From positions 122,276 through 186,275 of IMG/VR virus record IMGVR_UViG_3300031525_000001: 64,000 nt of DNA, one strand, 5' to 3'. Under the pieces are notes generated by a model that was not told where the DNA came from, searched no databases, and worked only from the letters and a program-made list of their open reading frames with translations. Below, one piece after another: positions 14,721-23,880 of this stretch. Within the stretch, counting starts at the first letter, position 1. Each line of letters starts with the position of its first letter. A program made the translations under genes and the position numbers. The stretch is from a virus.

Positions 14721-16853
14721 ATGGCTGACAAGAAAGTCAAAAGTACAACTTGGACAAAGCTCGCAGACAATCTCCTGCCTGACGCGACAAAGAAGATCAA
14801 TGCCATTGACTTCATTGAAGGCCCGGGTGGGACAGGTCTCGTTCTGCGTCCTGTTCAGCGTGTTCTTGTCAAAGCACTTTTCGCCGTTCCCTTTGACTAC
14901 CGCCCCAAGTGGGCAGACTCCATCGACAACTGGGGAATGGTGGAGATGTGGAATCCCTTCCGTGATGAGCTACTCCGCACGGTTACGGAAGAAGAGTATC
15001 TCCACATCGTTCACGAAGAGGGTCGCTGCAACGTCGGAGACTGGCGGGACATACCACAAAGAGGATTCAACGAAGGCGTCATCTTCTGCGGTCGTCGTGG
15101 TGGTAAGTCCGAAGTCGTCGCCGCCATCGCCGCCTACAAACTCTACCTCACTTTGTGCATCAACTCGCCGCAGAAATTCTTCGGCTTGGCTGAGGGTTCC
15201 AAGATCGACTTCACCTTTCTTGCACAGGACGAAACAGGTGCGGGTCGATTGTTCCAAAAGCTTCAGGCCGCTGTCACCCGTGCCACGTGGTTCCACACCT
15301 ACATCAAGGACAGCAACGCCAAGAACCTGACGTTTACTTGCGAAGCTGATCGTCACCATAAGGTCGATGCCAAGCCGTCTATTCAAGTCGTATCGCTGCC
15401 CTGCACCACGAACGCCGTCCGTGGTCCTTCGTCCCTCTTCCTCGCCCTTGACGAGTTTGCCCACTTCCGTTCCGAAGTAGGCTCCACGTCTGAAGACATG
15501 TACGTAGCCGCTACGCCTGCCGCTGGCGACTTCCACCACGAAGAAATCACCGCCCCTCCCGTGCTCCATGAAGCCGACTTTCACCAAGCTGGCGATTTTA
15601 AGCACGCGGAACCAGTTGGTACAGAAGGCAAGGTTGAAGTTCAGGACTCACTGATTCTGAGCATCTCGTCGCCACTGAAGAAAGTCGGTATGATGTACGA
15701 TCTCTACCGCATGGCGATGGAGGACGGCATCAACGAGGACAACCCGACGTTCGCCCTCAGTTGCTCATCGGCGGAAATGAACCCCAAGCTCAAGGCCGGG
15801 TTCTTGCGTGATAAGGCTCGTAAAAACCCCCTCACGTTTAAGGCTGAGTACGGCGGACAATTCTTGGAATCTACGGAATCGTTCGTTCGATCCATCGACA
15901 TCATGACCTGCACGGATGTCACCGCGTGGGATGTCAAAACCGAACCCACATTCGGCGTTCTTGCGCCCGCACCGGGAGCAATCGTTCGTCAAAACTGCGT
16001 GCGATTCAACGGAGATCAGGTGGGCTACAACTACTTCTGGGGTCTTGATCTTGGCGGCGTGAACGTCACCGATCCTGATAACAGCCGACCCGATGGTTGC
16101 GCGTTGGCGATTGGACATCTTGAGGTTCGTCAATCGACTAATCCGACGCCCGGGTTGACGCATGGTTTTCATTTGGTGTTCGACTACATCGACCGCATGA
16201 TCGCGGGAGAACTTTTCGAAGGTCCCGGCGTCACCGTCTCGACGCCTGAGGGTATGAAATACACGGATTTTCAACTCCTACCCGTGAAGGACATTCTGCT
16301 CTGGTTGAAGGAGATGAACAAAATCCTCCCATGCTACAAAGGCTCAACCGATCAACACGCAGGTCGTCAGCTTATCACCTTGCTGGAACAGAATGAAATC
16401 AACAACATGGAGTTGGTGAACCTCACACCTGCCATCAACTCGGAAATGGCGTATGCGTTGCGCTCGTTCATCAACGACCACACCGCCAACTTTCCGTATG
16501 TGCCCAAGTTCATCCATGAAATCAAAATGGTTGAGACCGACGTGGTTGCCAAATACCGTATCCGCGTCCATGCTCCTCTGGAAAAGGGAGCCCACGACGA
16601 CATGGTAGATGCGGTCATGCTCGTCGCTATGCAGGTTCAGACGTGGTTGATAGACGAGGGTCACCTCAAGATGGACCCCACGGGGCAGAGCCTCATCATG
16701 CAGCGTCAGCAAGCACTTCCGAAGAGATCGATCCTCAACATAGACGCCATGAGTATGAGCGACTTAAAGGCGAGTGAACGGGCGTACCAGATGAGCAAGT
16801 TCAAGTTTGGCGGCGGCAGCCACAGGGTTGCTAGAGGCCGACGAGGACGTTAG
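14721..16853 (+). CDS. terL: terminase large subunit
   Basis: Walker A GRRGGKS (15090), Walker B LALDEFAH, motif III SISSP, nuclease motifs WGLDLG, DQHAG and HDDMVDA; GGGAG RBS. Confidence 0.85.
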   Translation: MADKKVKSTTWTKLADNLLPDATKKINAIDFIEGPGGTGLVLRPVQRVLVKALFAVPFDYRPKWADSIDNWGMVEMWNPFRDELLRTVTEEEYLHIVHEEGRCNVGDWRDIPQRGFNEGVIFCGRRGGKSEVVAAIAAYKLYLTLCINSPQKFFGLAEGSKIDFTFLAQDETGAGRLFQKLQAAVTRATWFHTYIKDSNAKNLTFTCEADRHHKVDAKPSIQVVSLPCTTNAVRGPSSLFLALDEFAHFRSEVGSTSEDMYVAATPAAGDFHHEEITAPPVLHEADFHQAGDFKHAEPVGTEGKVEVQDSLILSISSPLKKVGMMYDLYRMAMEDGINEDNPTFALSCSSAEMNPKLKAGFLRDKARKNPLTFKAEYGGQFLESTESFVRSIDIMTCTDVTAWDVKTEPTFGVLAPAPGAIVRQNCVRFNGDQVGYNYFWGLDLGGVNVTDPDNSRPDGCALAIGHLEVRQSTNPTPGLTHGFHLVFDYIDRMIAGELFEGPGVTVSTPEGMKYTDFQLLPVKDILLWLKEMNKILPCYKGSTDQHAGRQLITLLEQNEINNMELVNLTPAINSEMAYALRSFINDHTANFPYVPKFIHEIKMVETDVVAKYRIRVHAPLEKGAHDDMVDAVMLVAMQVQTWLIDEGHLKMDPTGQSLIMQRQQALPKRSILNIDAMSMSDLKASERAYQMSKFKFGGGSHRVARGRRGR

Positions 16854-16877
16854 GGCAAGTTTTGCCATTTATTTACC

Positions 16878-16900
16878 CACTTTCGGACTCTTAGGTAGGG
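16878..16900 (+). promoter_or_regulatory. phage promoter-like motif (CACTTTCGGACTCTTAGG)
   Basis: Variant of the recurring motif in the intergenic gap after terL. Confidence 0.45.
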
Positions 16901-16922
16901 ACAAAACTACTCGGGGAGACGT

Positions 16923-17153
16923 GTGGATTACATAAACGCCATCATCGCAGGCACATCGGTCATCGCACTGGTGGTCAGCATTTACCAGCACATGCGCGTG
17001 ACGGCGATGCCCAGCAAGATTAAAGCCGAGATTCAGGCGGACGCTCTCAAAGCCGCCGCCCTGATGTTAGCTGATTCCGTGCTTGCCGCAGCCAAAATCA
17101 AGGCCGATGCAGTCGTAGCCGCAGACAAAATCAAAGCAGACGCGAGGTCTTAA
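16923..17153 (+). CDS. small membrane protein with KIKA(E/D) repeats
   Basis: N-terminal hydrophobic helix and an Ala-rich repeated tail. Confidence 0.6.
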   Translation: MDYINAIIAGTSVIALVVSIYQHMRVTAMPSKIKAEIQADALKAAALMLADSVLAAAKIKADAVVAADKIKADARS

Positions 17154-17596
17154 TGCTGATCGCACTTCTACAAGCCGCCACAGCGCCCGTACCCGTGCCC
17201 ACTCCGTGGGACTGGGTTATTGCTCACCTTCCGCTGGTTGGGTGGCCAACAGTCATAATTGGGGTCTATAAGGCTACTCGGTTCCTTACCAAGGTAGAAG
17301 ATCGAGCAGTAGCGTCCGAAGAACGGCTGAAGTTGATAGCCGACAGCAACACCGAACTCAAAGAAACCCTCGAAGGTCAGGTGACCGCCCAAAGAGAACT
17401 CGCCGTAAGCGTCCATCAACTCGCTGAGGCGATGCACCACCAATCCGAATTACACTCCGAACAACTTCAACTGATCCGTGAAATGAGTGGCGAGCAAAAG
17501 CTCCTCGCTCAGAACCAGATGACCATCATGAATGGCTTCCAGCGAGTCGTGGAACAGTTGATTGATGTGGTGAGTGATAAAAACGAGAAGGCATAA
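17153..17596 (+). CDS. membrane-anchored coiled-coil protein (possible holin/lysis accessory)
   Basis: TAATG coupling; hydrophobic segment followed by a heptad-like region. Confidence 0.55.
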   Translation: MLIALLQAATAPVPVPTPWDWVIAHLPLVGWPTVIIGVYKATRFLTKVEDRAVASEERLKLIADSNTELKETLEGQVTAQRELAVSVHQLAEAMHHQSELHSEQLQLIREMSGEQKLLAQNQMTIMNGFQRVVEQLIDVVSDKNEKA

Positions 17597-17606
17597 GGAG
17601 ATAGCT

Positions 17607-17810
17607 ATGGCTGTTGAAAAGACCGCACTCGATCTAACGTATTTCGATCCAATCACAGCCAGCAGGACGGCGTTGGAGAACACCCTTGATCGGTTCCAAC
17701 AGACGTTTGAAGCCCACTCGAAGCCCGAGTTGCGGCGACGACTGAAAGAAAAAGTCGGAAAAATAAGCATCGTCGTTGCACCCAACGGCATCGAAAAGAA
17801 AGCTGAGTAG
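17607..17810 (+). CDS. hypothetical protein
   Basis: AAGGAG RBS before ATG 17607. Confidence 0.6.
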   Translation: MAVEKTALDLTYFDPITASRTALENTLDRFQQTFEAHSKPELRRRLKEKVGKISIVVAPNGIEKKAE

Positions 17811-17959
17811 TGACGCTCGTAACTTCCACTTGATAAAACCCAAGCCTTGGTGTATAAACTAGATATGCCCTATGTACTAAAGGGTTAACGTGCCTACAGT
17901 GGGAGGCACTCGCTGAATTCCTGTGGGGTTCAGTATCTTCGAAAGTTGCTGGAGAACTA

Positions 17960-19015
17960 ATGGTTCCGTTAGAGACCACTGCATTCGCATTTTCTTCCCT
18001 CAAATTTGGCAATCTCTTAGCTGTAGCCCTCTTTCAAGGCCCTAAACGAATCGACCAACTCTTCACCCTCGCACAGGAACGACTACCGCAGGAATGCGGC
18101 GACAAGTGGCAATACGAACTCATCCAAACCCTCATCGCCATTGGTGAAGAGGTCGATGGCGTGTGGCACGTCCGCCGCACAATGCCGATGGACGTGATTC
18201 CCGTCACCACACCCCCGCCCTCCAAACCCGACAGCCAGTACGACAAGATTCAGTATGATCCACGCACCGGGCACCACATCGGCGATGATGGGTTCCGTGT
18301 CCCGAAAGACTTCCTCGAATTCTACGAACGCTACCCGAACTACATCCGCAATTGGGTGAAGAAACGTCTCGCCCGCTTCGTAGTGGATGAGGATGTCGAA
18401 GACTGGACGCAGGACCTTATCATCCACATGAAGTACCTGCCGCAGACCAGCAAGCACCGCAAGCCGGGTGCGAATGACCGCGTGAATGGCTGCACGGACG
18501 TGATTGAGACGTTCAACCCGATTAGCCAGTATGGGGCATCCGAGCGTCGATTCCGCTCCTACGTCAACATGTGCCTCACGAACAAGTTCAACACCGTGTA
18601 CTCGAAGCGCAACAAGAACCCAATCTGTCGGCAGGGCAACGTCACCATCGTGACGAACGTTGATCCCAGCCATGAGAATGGTGAGTACGACGTGGTGGAC
18701 GATGCGTACTGCCATGTGCACTCAGACTACCTCAGCAACGCCACGGCACGCACGGCACAGCAGTACGAAAACTACCTGCTCGCCAATGAGTTCCGCCGTT
18801 ACGTCGAGGCGAAAGACCCAGAGTTGGCACCCGTGGTGGATGCGATCCAGCAGGCATCGTCCCAGCACGAAGCTGCTCGTTCTTTGGGCATCAGTGAGAC
18901 CCTTTTCGCTCGTCACCGCACGCGACTGAAAGAGTTGGCCCGGAGCTTCCAGAACAACGATGTGGGAGAATCCAAGCGTAAGCGAGGGCGACGGAAAACA
19001 GCGCAAGTGGTATAA
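17960..19015 (+). CDS. sigma-70/ECF-like RNA polymerase sigma factor
   Basis: Region-2-like FYERYPNYIRNWVKKRL...DVEDWTQDLIIH and FRSYVNMCLTNKF; C-terminal HTH HEAARSLGISETLFARHRTRL. True start may lie further downstream. Confidence 0.6.
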   Translation: MVPLETTAFAFSSLKFGNLLAVALFQGPKRIDQLFTLAQERLPQECGDKWQYELIQTLIAIGEEVDGVWHVRRTMPMDVIPVTTPPPSKPDSQYDKIQYDPRTGHHIGDDGFRVPKDFLEFYERYPNYIRNWVKKRLARFVVDEDVEDWTQDLIIHMKYLPQTSKHRKPGANDRVNGCTDVIETFNPISQYGASERRFRSYVNMCLTNKFNTVYSKRNKNPICRQGNVTIVTNVDPSHENGEYDVVDDAYCHVHSDYLSNATARTAQQYENYLLANEFRRYVEAKDPELAPVVDAIQQASSQHEAARSLGISETLFARHRTRLKELARSFQNNDVGESKRKRGRRKTAQVV

Positions 19016-19224
19016 TGGGAGAATCAGTGATTGAGACCGTAACAATTCCTAAGTTTCGTTTAGCCGCGATCATCAAGAAGTTCGGCAAACCCGTGGAGGC
19101 TGGAGACGGTTACATCTTGTCGGTGCCACTCGAAGACTGCATTGGGGTGAGTAGCCTTGAAGTCATTCCCGCCGATGGTGCTGACGGTTTGGCAATCTCG
19201 TATGTTGCTCACGAGAGGGCGTAA
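19015..19224 (+). CDS. hypothetical protein
   Basis: Coupled to the sigma-like gene (TAATG). Confidence 0.6.
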   Translation: MGESVIETVTIPKFRLAAIIKKFGKPVEAGDGYILSVPLEDCIGVSSLEVIPADGADGLAISYVAHERA

Positions 19225-19239
19225 GGGAACAAATCCAAA

Positions 19240-19266
19240 GACTTTGGGTTCTAATGATTATGGGGG
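19240..19266 (+). promoter_or_regulatory. phage promoter-like motif plus GGGGG RBS
   Basis: GACTTTGGGTTCTAATG upstream of the tonB-like ATG. Confidence 0.4.
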
Positions 19267-19270
19267 CCAC

Positions 19271-20014
19271 ATGTTCGAAGACAGCCTATTAGAGTCTGGC
19301 GGTAAGCTGAAGGATAAGCGTGGGCGGTACACATCGGTCGCATTCCTGATCGAAGCGGTGCTCCTCGGCATAGCTCTGTTGATTCCCCTGTACTACACCG
19401 AAGAACTGCCCAAGGCTCAACTCTTTACGTTCTTGGTTGCCCCTCCCCCACCCTTGCCGCCGCCCCCTCCAGCGGCCGCAGTTGTGCATGTGCAGCACGT
19501 TGTCCAGACTGACATCGTGAACGGGCAGCTACGCACGCCCACCCGTATCCCGAAGAAGATTCAGCAGATCGTAGAGGATACCGCCCCGCCGCCAGTCAAT
19601 ACTGTTCAAGGCGTGATTGGCGGCGTCCCGGGTGGTGTCCCGGGAGGGGTGCCAAACGGCGTGATCGGCTCAATCATCAGCGCGGTCCCGCAGTCGGTGC
19701 CGCAACTCGCACCACCCAAGGTCGTGAGGGTATCATCGGGCGTGTCACAAGGAATGTTGATCCGTAAGGTGACGCCGAACTACCCCCCGTTGGCACGTCA
19801 GGCCCGCATACAGGGCTCCGTGAACCTCGAAGCTGTGATCTCTACGGATGGCACCATCGAAAACCTGAAGGTCACCAGCGGGCACCCGATGCTCGTCCCC
19901 GCCGCGATAGATGCCGTTAAGCAGTGGCGCTACAAGCCGTACTTGCTCAATGGTTCGCCTGTCGAAGTGCAAACAACCATTCAGGTGAACTTTACCTTGG
20001 CGGGTGGTTCCTAA
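19271..20014 (+). CDS. tonB: TonB-family energy transducer
   Basis: MFEDSLLES start, one TM helix, Pro-rich linker, GGVPGGVPGG, and TonB_C domain (PNYPPLARQARIQGSV...AAIDAVKQWRYKP). Confidence 0.9.
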   Translation: MFEDSLLESGGKLKDKRGRYTSVAFLIEAVLLGIALLIPLYYTEELPKAQLFTFLVAPPPPLPPPPPAAAVVHVQHVVQTDIVNGQLRTPTRIPKKIQQIVEDTAPPPVNTVQGVIGGVPGGVPGGVPNGVIGSIISAVPQSVPQLAPPKVVRVSSGVSQGMLIRKVTPNYPPLARQARIQGSVNLEAVISTDGTIENLKVTSGHPMLVPAAIDAVKQWRYKPYLLNGSPVEVQTTIQVNFTLAGGS

Positions 20015-20022
20015 AAGTCTCG

Positions 20023-20043
20023 GACTATGGTATTATTATAGTG
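20023..20043 (+). promoter_or_regulatory. promoter-like motif (GACTATGGTATTATTATAG)
   Basis: Recurring motif variant, also containing TATTAT; no ORF directly downstream. Confidence 0.45.
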
Positions 20044-20131
20044 CATGGGAGGTAATGCCTCCCGAAACGTTGTTCATCATGGCTAGTTCCAATGAGTTCC
20101 GTTCGAATCGGGCTTGGAACTAGCCTTTTTT
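20041..20131 (+). ncRNA. candidate small RNA ending in a terminator hairpin
   Basis: GGGAGG/CCTCCC hairpin, then a 12-bp GGCTAGTTCCAA/TTGGAACTAGCC stem enclosing GTTCGAATC, then T6. Confidence 0.4.
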
Positions 20132-20156
20132 CTTTGCTCGTGGTATCATCGGCAAA

Positions 20157-20762
20157 GTGGAGGATCGCATGTTTGGATCAAAGACAGTCAAACGCAACGG
20201 CACTGAGTTCTTCGTGCAGGGCAACATCTCGGACGGCAATGTCATTATCGTGACTAAGGACGGCAAAGAACATCGCTGCGACCGTCCCAACCGCCTCGGC
20301 GTTCAAGAGGAAACACCATGGCTCAGGAACCTCGGCGAGGATTCCCGTGACGGCGACCGCTGCTGGAATATCGATCCTGTTGAAATCATGAACAAGTTCA
20401 ACTCGGGCGACTATTACCAAACCAAGGCTTTCTTCGTCATCGGCAAGTGGGGAACGGGCTACAACACGGACGACGGCGTTCTGGACACCGTGCGCCTGTC
20501 GGATGTCGCGGGCTTTAAGCAACTGGTGAGCGAAGTCCCGTGCGACCTCGGTTGCGACTGGCCGAAGGGACATGCGGGCCACTGCTGGGTCACCCCGAAC
20601 CAATTGGTGAAAGACCTGAATCTCTCCAAACAAGACGTGATCGCCATGTTCCAGAAGTGGTTCGACGGCCTCGACGCGGGTCAAGTTGTCGATCTGGGGT
20701 ATAAAGTGGGACTTACGAACGAGCAGTTAATCGCCATGGTCAAGGACGTTCGGAAGGGCTAG
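20157..20762 (+). CDS. hypothetical protein
   Basis: GTG start 7 nt after TGG-TATCAT. Confidence 0.65.
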   Translation: MEDRMFGSKTVKRNGTEFFVQGNISDGNVIIVTKDGKEHRCDRPNRLGVQEETPWLRNLGEDSRDGDRCWNIDPVEIMNKFNSGDYYQTKAFFVIGKWGTGYNTDDGVLDTVRLSDVAGFKQLVSEVPCDLGCDWPKGHAGHCWVTPNQLVKDLNLSKQDVIAMFQKWFDGLDAGQVVDLGYKVGLTNEQLIAMVKDVRKG

Positions 20763-20767
20763 GTCTC

Positions 20768-21109
20768 GTGCAACCCTACTCGTGGGTATGGTTCCCGAGC
20801 ACAAAAGGCAGCGGCCCGCCCTATGGCTGGTACATGCCGTTGGGCGAGCGTCTATGGCGTGCCCTCACCTATAACCACGCCCACCAGTCGGAAGCCTTCA
20901 CGGGCAACCCCAAGAAAAAGAAGCTTCCTTGGCCTCGATGGAGGAAGGAAGTCGCTCGCATCCTCATCATTCTAGACGTGTTCCTGAGCCAGCCCGAATA
21001 TTGGCTAGTCAATCACTACGATCTCACCTACCCCCAGTGCTCTCGCCTGAGACGCCTCCTCCTTTGGGAAACCCGCTTCTACCTCTGGGCGGCTGGTTTC
21101 TCCGAATAA
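20768..21109 (+). CDS. hypothetical Trp-rich protein
   Basis: ORF track; no motif recognised. Confidence 0.45.
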   Translation: MQPYSWVWFPSTKGSGPPYGWYMPLGERLWRALTYNHAHQSEAFTGNPKKKKLPWPRWRKEVARILIILDVFLSQPEYWLVNHYDLTYPQCSRLRRLLLWETRFYLWAAGFSE

Positions 21110-21147
21110 AATCTGCCTACCGTCCTTCTTGTTAGGGGGACATTCAC

Positions 21148-21288
21148 ATGTTCAGTCTAATCAAGATTGCTATTGAAGCCGCGTTTGCGGCAGCGTTGTT
21201 CATCGGCGGTGTCAAATTTGGGATTGCGTATCCCACTATCGGCACCAAAATCGATACGCTCTTTAGCTGGGCGAAGTCCGTTCTGTAA
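21148..21288 (+). CDS. small membrane peptide (46 aa)
   Basis: GGGGGA RBS; MFSLIKIAIEAAFAAALFIGG... Confidence 0.55.
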   Translation: MFSLIKIAIEAAFAAALFIGGVKFGIAYPTIGTKIDTLFSWAKSVL

Positions 21289-21296
21289 GGCGAACT

Positions 21297-21596
21297 ATGA
21301 GCCCGATTAAAGACATTTTGCAGATCGCGGAGAATGTCACCGTTCTTCTGGCTCTTCTTGGAGGAGCGGCGGGCGGCATCAACTGGTACGTCAAGCGGCA
21401 TGACCGTCAGGCGGCGGGGCAGAAAGCCGTCACTCAGATCGATACTCTGGCGACTGGCTTCCCCAATATGGTCGCGGACATGGCGGTTGTGAAGAAGACT
21501 AACGAGAAAGCCGTCGATCTTCTGACCAGCATGGACAAGGGAATCGCGGTGATGGCTGCACGAAGCGAGGGTTCTCGAACACGGAGAACCGACTAA
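21297..21596 (+). CDS. single-TM protein, holin-like
   Basis: TM VTVLLALLGGAAGGINWY followed by a basic and helical tail. Confidence 0.5.
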   Translation: MSPIKDILQIAENVTVLLALLGGAAGGINWYVKRHDRQAAGQKAVTQIDTLATGFPNMVADMAVVKKTNEKAVDLLTSMDKGIAVMAARSEGSRTRRTD

Positions 21597-21605
21597 GGAG
21601 ACACG

Positions 21606-22136
21606 ATGGCGAGAACGCAGGTAATCAATAACGCACCGATCACGCTCAGCCCCACGTTTGGGACGACAGGTACGTCAACGGGATTGAACCCGCTTTACAC
21701 TGTCTGCGATGTGGCGAACGGCAACTATTTCCTGACCACAGGGCGAGATTTGGTGACCTTCTATTGCGCTGCCGCCTCTACCGCTCCCGCATGGTCGGGC
21801 ACGACGCAATATCTCCCGGGGCAGGTGGTCAACTACTCAGGTCAGGCGTACATCGCCCTCGTCGGCAATTTGGCTCAGCCGCCATCCTTGTCGCCCCCAT
21901 CGACATACTGGGGCGCTTATGCGGATGGAGATTCCACGATCACACTTCTCTCGGCTCCCGATGCTTGTACGGCCCGCACGTCAGATGTTGACGATTACGT
22001 TGTGCCAGTCACTACGGAGCTTTATCCGGGTACGGAATTTTTGGTACTGCCGACCTCGGTATTTACACAGTCGAATCAGCAATTTCAGTTTCAAGCCAGT
22101 TCGAGTCTGGTGAGCGTTTACGTAAGGTACTTCTAA
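21606..22136 (+). CDS. putative virion/tail protein with a CBM5/12-like carbohydrate-binding module
   Basis: AWSGTTQYLPGQVVNYSGQAYIA...YWG insert; Thr/Ser/Gly-rich beta composition; AAGGAG RBS. Confidence 0.6.
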   Translation: MARTQVINNAPITLSPTFGTTGTSTGLNPLYTVCDVANGNYFLTTGRDLVTFYCAAASTAPAWSGTTQYLPGQVVNYSGQAYIALVGNLAQPPSLSPPSTYWGAYADGDSTITLLSAPDACTARTSDVDDYVVPVTTELYPGTEFLVLPTSVFTQSNQQFQFQASSSLVSVYVRYF

Positions 22137-22152
22137 AGGAGCACAGGCAATC

Positions 22153-23763
22153 ATGGCAAACACACCCACTATCATCAAAGGTCAGCTAACATTCGTAGGC
22201 GCGATCACTGGACAGGTGTCTGTTCAGGCACAGCCCGTCGCGGGCAATAACCTGCTCTTCAATCTGCCCAACACGGTGCCGAATCCGAACCAAGTGATCT
22301 CGGTAGTCTCGGTCGTTGGCAGTACGGTCACCCTCGGGTTCACCCCGCCATTTCCGACCACTTGGAGCTTCTCGCAGATCACTGGCACCATCGCTACCTC
22401 GCAACTCGCCAGTCGCGAGGGTAACGGTTCCAAGGTGCAAACGACAAACCAAGGACTCACGGTCGCGGGCGATGTCGTTACTTATGACGGCTCGGGCAAC
22501 ATACAGGATTCCGGCGTTGCATTAGCCCTTCTTCTTGCTGGTGCCGCACCGTCCCCCGTAACCCCGCATTTGGGCTCGGCTGCTCAGTACGCTTTGCTCG
22601 GCACCACAATCACAAACTCGGATGGCGCAGGCACCGTAATCAGCGGCGGGAACATCAACGGCACGACCATCACGCCCGCTGGCTGGACCTTGACCCCACC
22701 TACGTCGGTCAGTTCTCCAGTTTCCTCTCAGGCATTGACGGACCTCAACACGGCGATCACCTACTTCGGTGGTTTGACCTCGACAGCAATCACGACAGCC
22801 GACCTCGGAACGCAGGGTAATGGTTCGGCTGCCAACGTGTTCAACGCAGGTGTTTACAAGAGCGGTAGTTCCATCAACATCGCTACCAGCATCGTTCTCG
22901 ACGGTCAGGACAACCCGAACGCCATGTTCGTGTTCATCGCTACCGCTTCGACCGTCACGCAGGAAAGTGGCACGTCGATTACTCTCATCAACGGCGCTCA
23001 GGCCGCAAATGTGGTCTGGGTCGTTGGGTCTTCATGGACCTCCATCACCCCAAGCACGACAGTAGGTAACATCCTTGCAGTCGCGTCGATCACATTGGGT
23101 GGTGGGACACTTCAGGGTCGCGCACTCGCCGCTGCCGCTATCACTCTCGCTGCCGCAGGCACCATTGTTTCGGCACCCCCAGCAGCACCGCCAATGGCTC
23201 AGACGTTCACCCCAGTTGTGGGCGGCTCACCAGCGGGACCAATTGAGTTTCTGACGGGCTACAACGCAACCACAGGATTGTTCTCGGCGGCTACGCCTCC
23301 GTATCCTGTAGCGTCCGTCAACGGTCAGACTGGCGTTGTCGTTCTCACCGCTGGATCAGTTGGTGCGGACGCATCTGGCGCTGCGGCTGCTGTTCTGGTG
23401 GAAACGGATCGCGCTGAAGCTGTGGAAGCTACTATTGCGGCTTCTGTTCCAGTCCTTTACGACGGAGCGGGAAATCCTGCGGCAGAAGCTTCGGGCTCAC
23501 CAGCGTCGAATGGTGACAACCATATCGCAAGTGGAGCGGCTACGCTCGTGGTTGATGGCAGTCCCCCAAATAGTTCGGTGACGGTCACGATGACGGGTGC
23601 ATCCGCATTTGCGAACAACTACTATGTGTACCTAACGTACTTGGGTGTTCCGATTAACCCCGGCCATTTGTACTACATCCCGATCTCGGGTTCATCGTTC
23701 ACGATTTACTCCGACAACGGTGCGGATGTTTCGACCGTGGCATGGACGGCAGTCGGTTACTAA
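22153..23763 (+). CDS. putative virion/tail protein containing a DUF3494 (ice-binding-like) beta-solenoid
   Basis: LGSAAQYALLG...AGVYK...LDGQDNPNAMFVF...LINGAQAANVVWVVGSS...GNILA...ITL...LQGRALA at about 22567-23170. Confidence 0.85.
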   Translation: MANTPTIIKGQLTFVGAITGQVSVQAQPVAGNNLLFNLPNTVPNPNQVISVVSVVGSTVTLGFTPPFPTTWSFSQITGTIATSQLASREGNGSKVQTTNQGLTVAGDVVTYDGSGNIQDSGVALALLLAGAAPSPVTPHLGSAAQYALLGTTITNSDGAGTVISGGNINGTTITPAGWTLTPPTSVSSPVSSQALTDLNTAITYFGGLTSTAITTADLGTQGNGSAANVFNAGVYKSGSSINIATSIVLDGQDNPNAMFVFIATASTVTQESGTSITLINGAQAANVVWVVGSSWTSITPSTTVGNILAVASITLGGGTLQGRALAAAAITLAAAGTIVSAPPAAPPMAQTFTPVVGGSPAGPIEFLTGYNATTGLFSAATPPYPVASVNGQTGVVVLTAGSVGADASGAAAAVLVETDRAEAVEATIAASVPVLYDGAGNPAAEASGSPASNGDNHIASGAATLVVDGSPPNSSVTVTMTGASAFANNYYVYLTYLGVPINPGHLYYIPISGSSFTIYSDNGADVSTVAWTAVGY

Positions 23764-23780
23764 CCTTAACCTTTTCAACG

Positions 23781-23806
23781 AGCCCCAGCTTCGGCTGGGG
23801 CTTTTT
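23781..23806 (+). terminator. intrinsic terminator
   Basis: AGCCCCAGC-TTCG-GCTGGGGCT followed by TTTT. Confidence 0.9.
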
Positions 23807-23865
23807 ACTGCCCAAACCAAAGTAATGCCAGACCCCCAGAAACCTGCCTGAACGTGTTATGCGGT

Positions 23866-23874
23866 TGGTATAAT
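23866..23874 (+). promoter_or_regulatory. extended -10 (TGGTATAAT), leaderless
   Basis: 6 nt before ATG 23881, no SD. Confidence 0.6.
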
Positions 23875-23880
23875 AGTGGC

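Noticed and set aside
14721-16853. Intein in TerL to explain its length
   Set aside because: No C/S...HN-(C/S/T) splice junctions or LAGLIDADG motifs seen; the extra length comes from short inserts.
16851-17153. Amber read-through fusing TerL to the next membrane protein (same frame, only two TAGs between)
   Set aside because: The gap contains a promoter motif and an RBS for the downstream gene, and in-frame coincidence is common. Worth checking only if suppression is shown.
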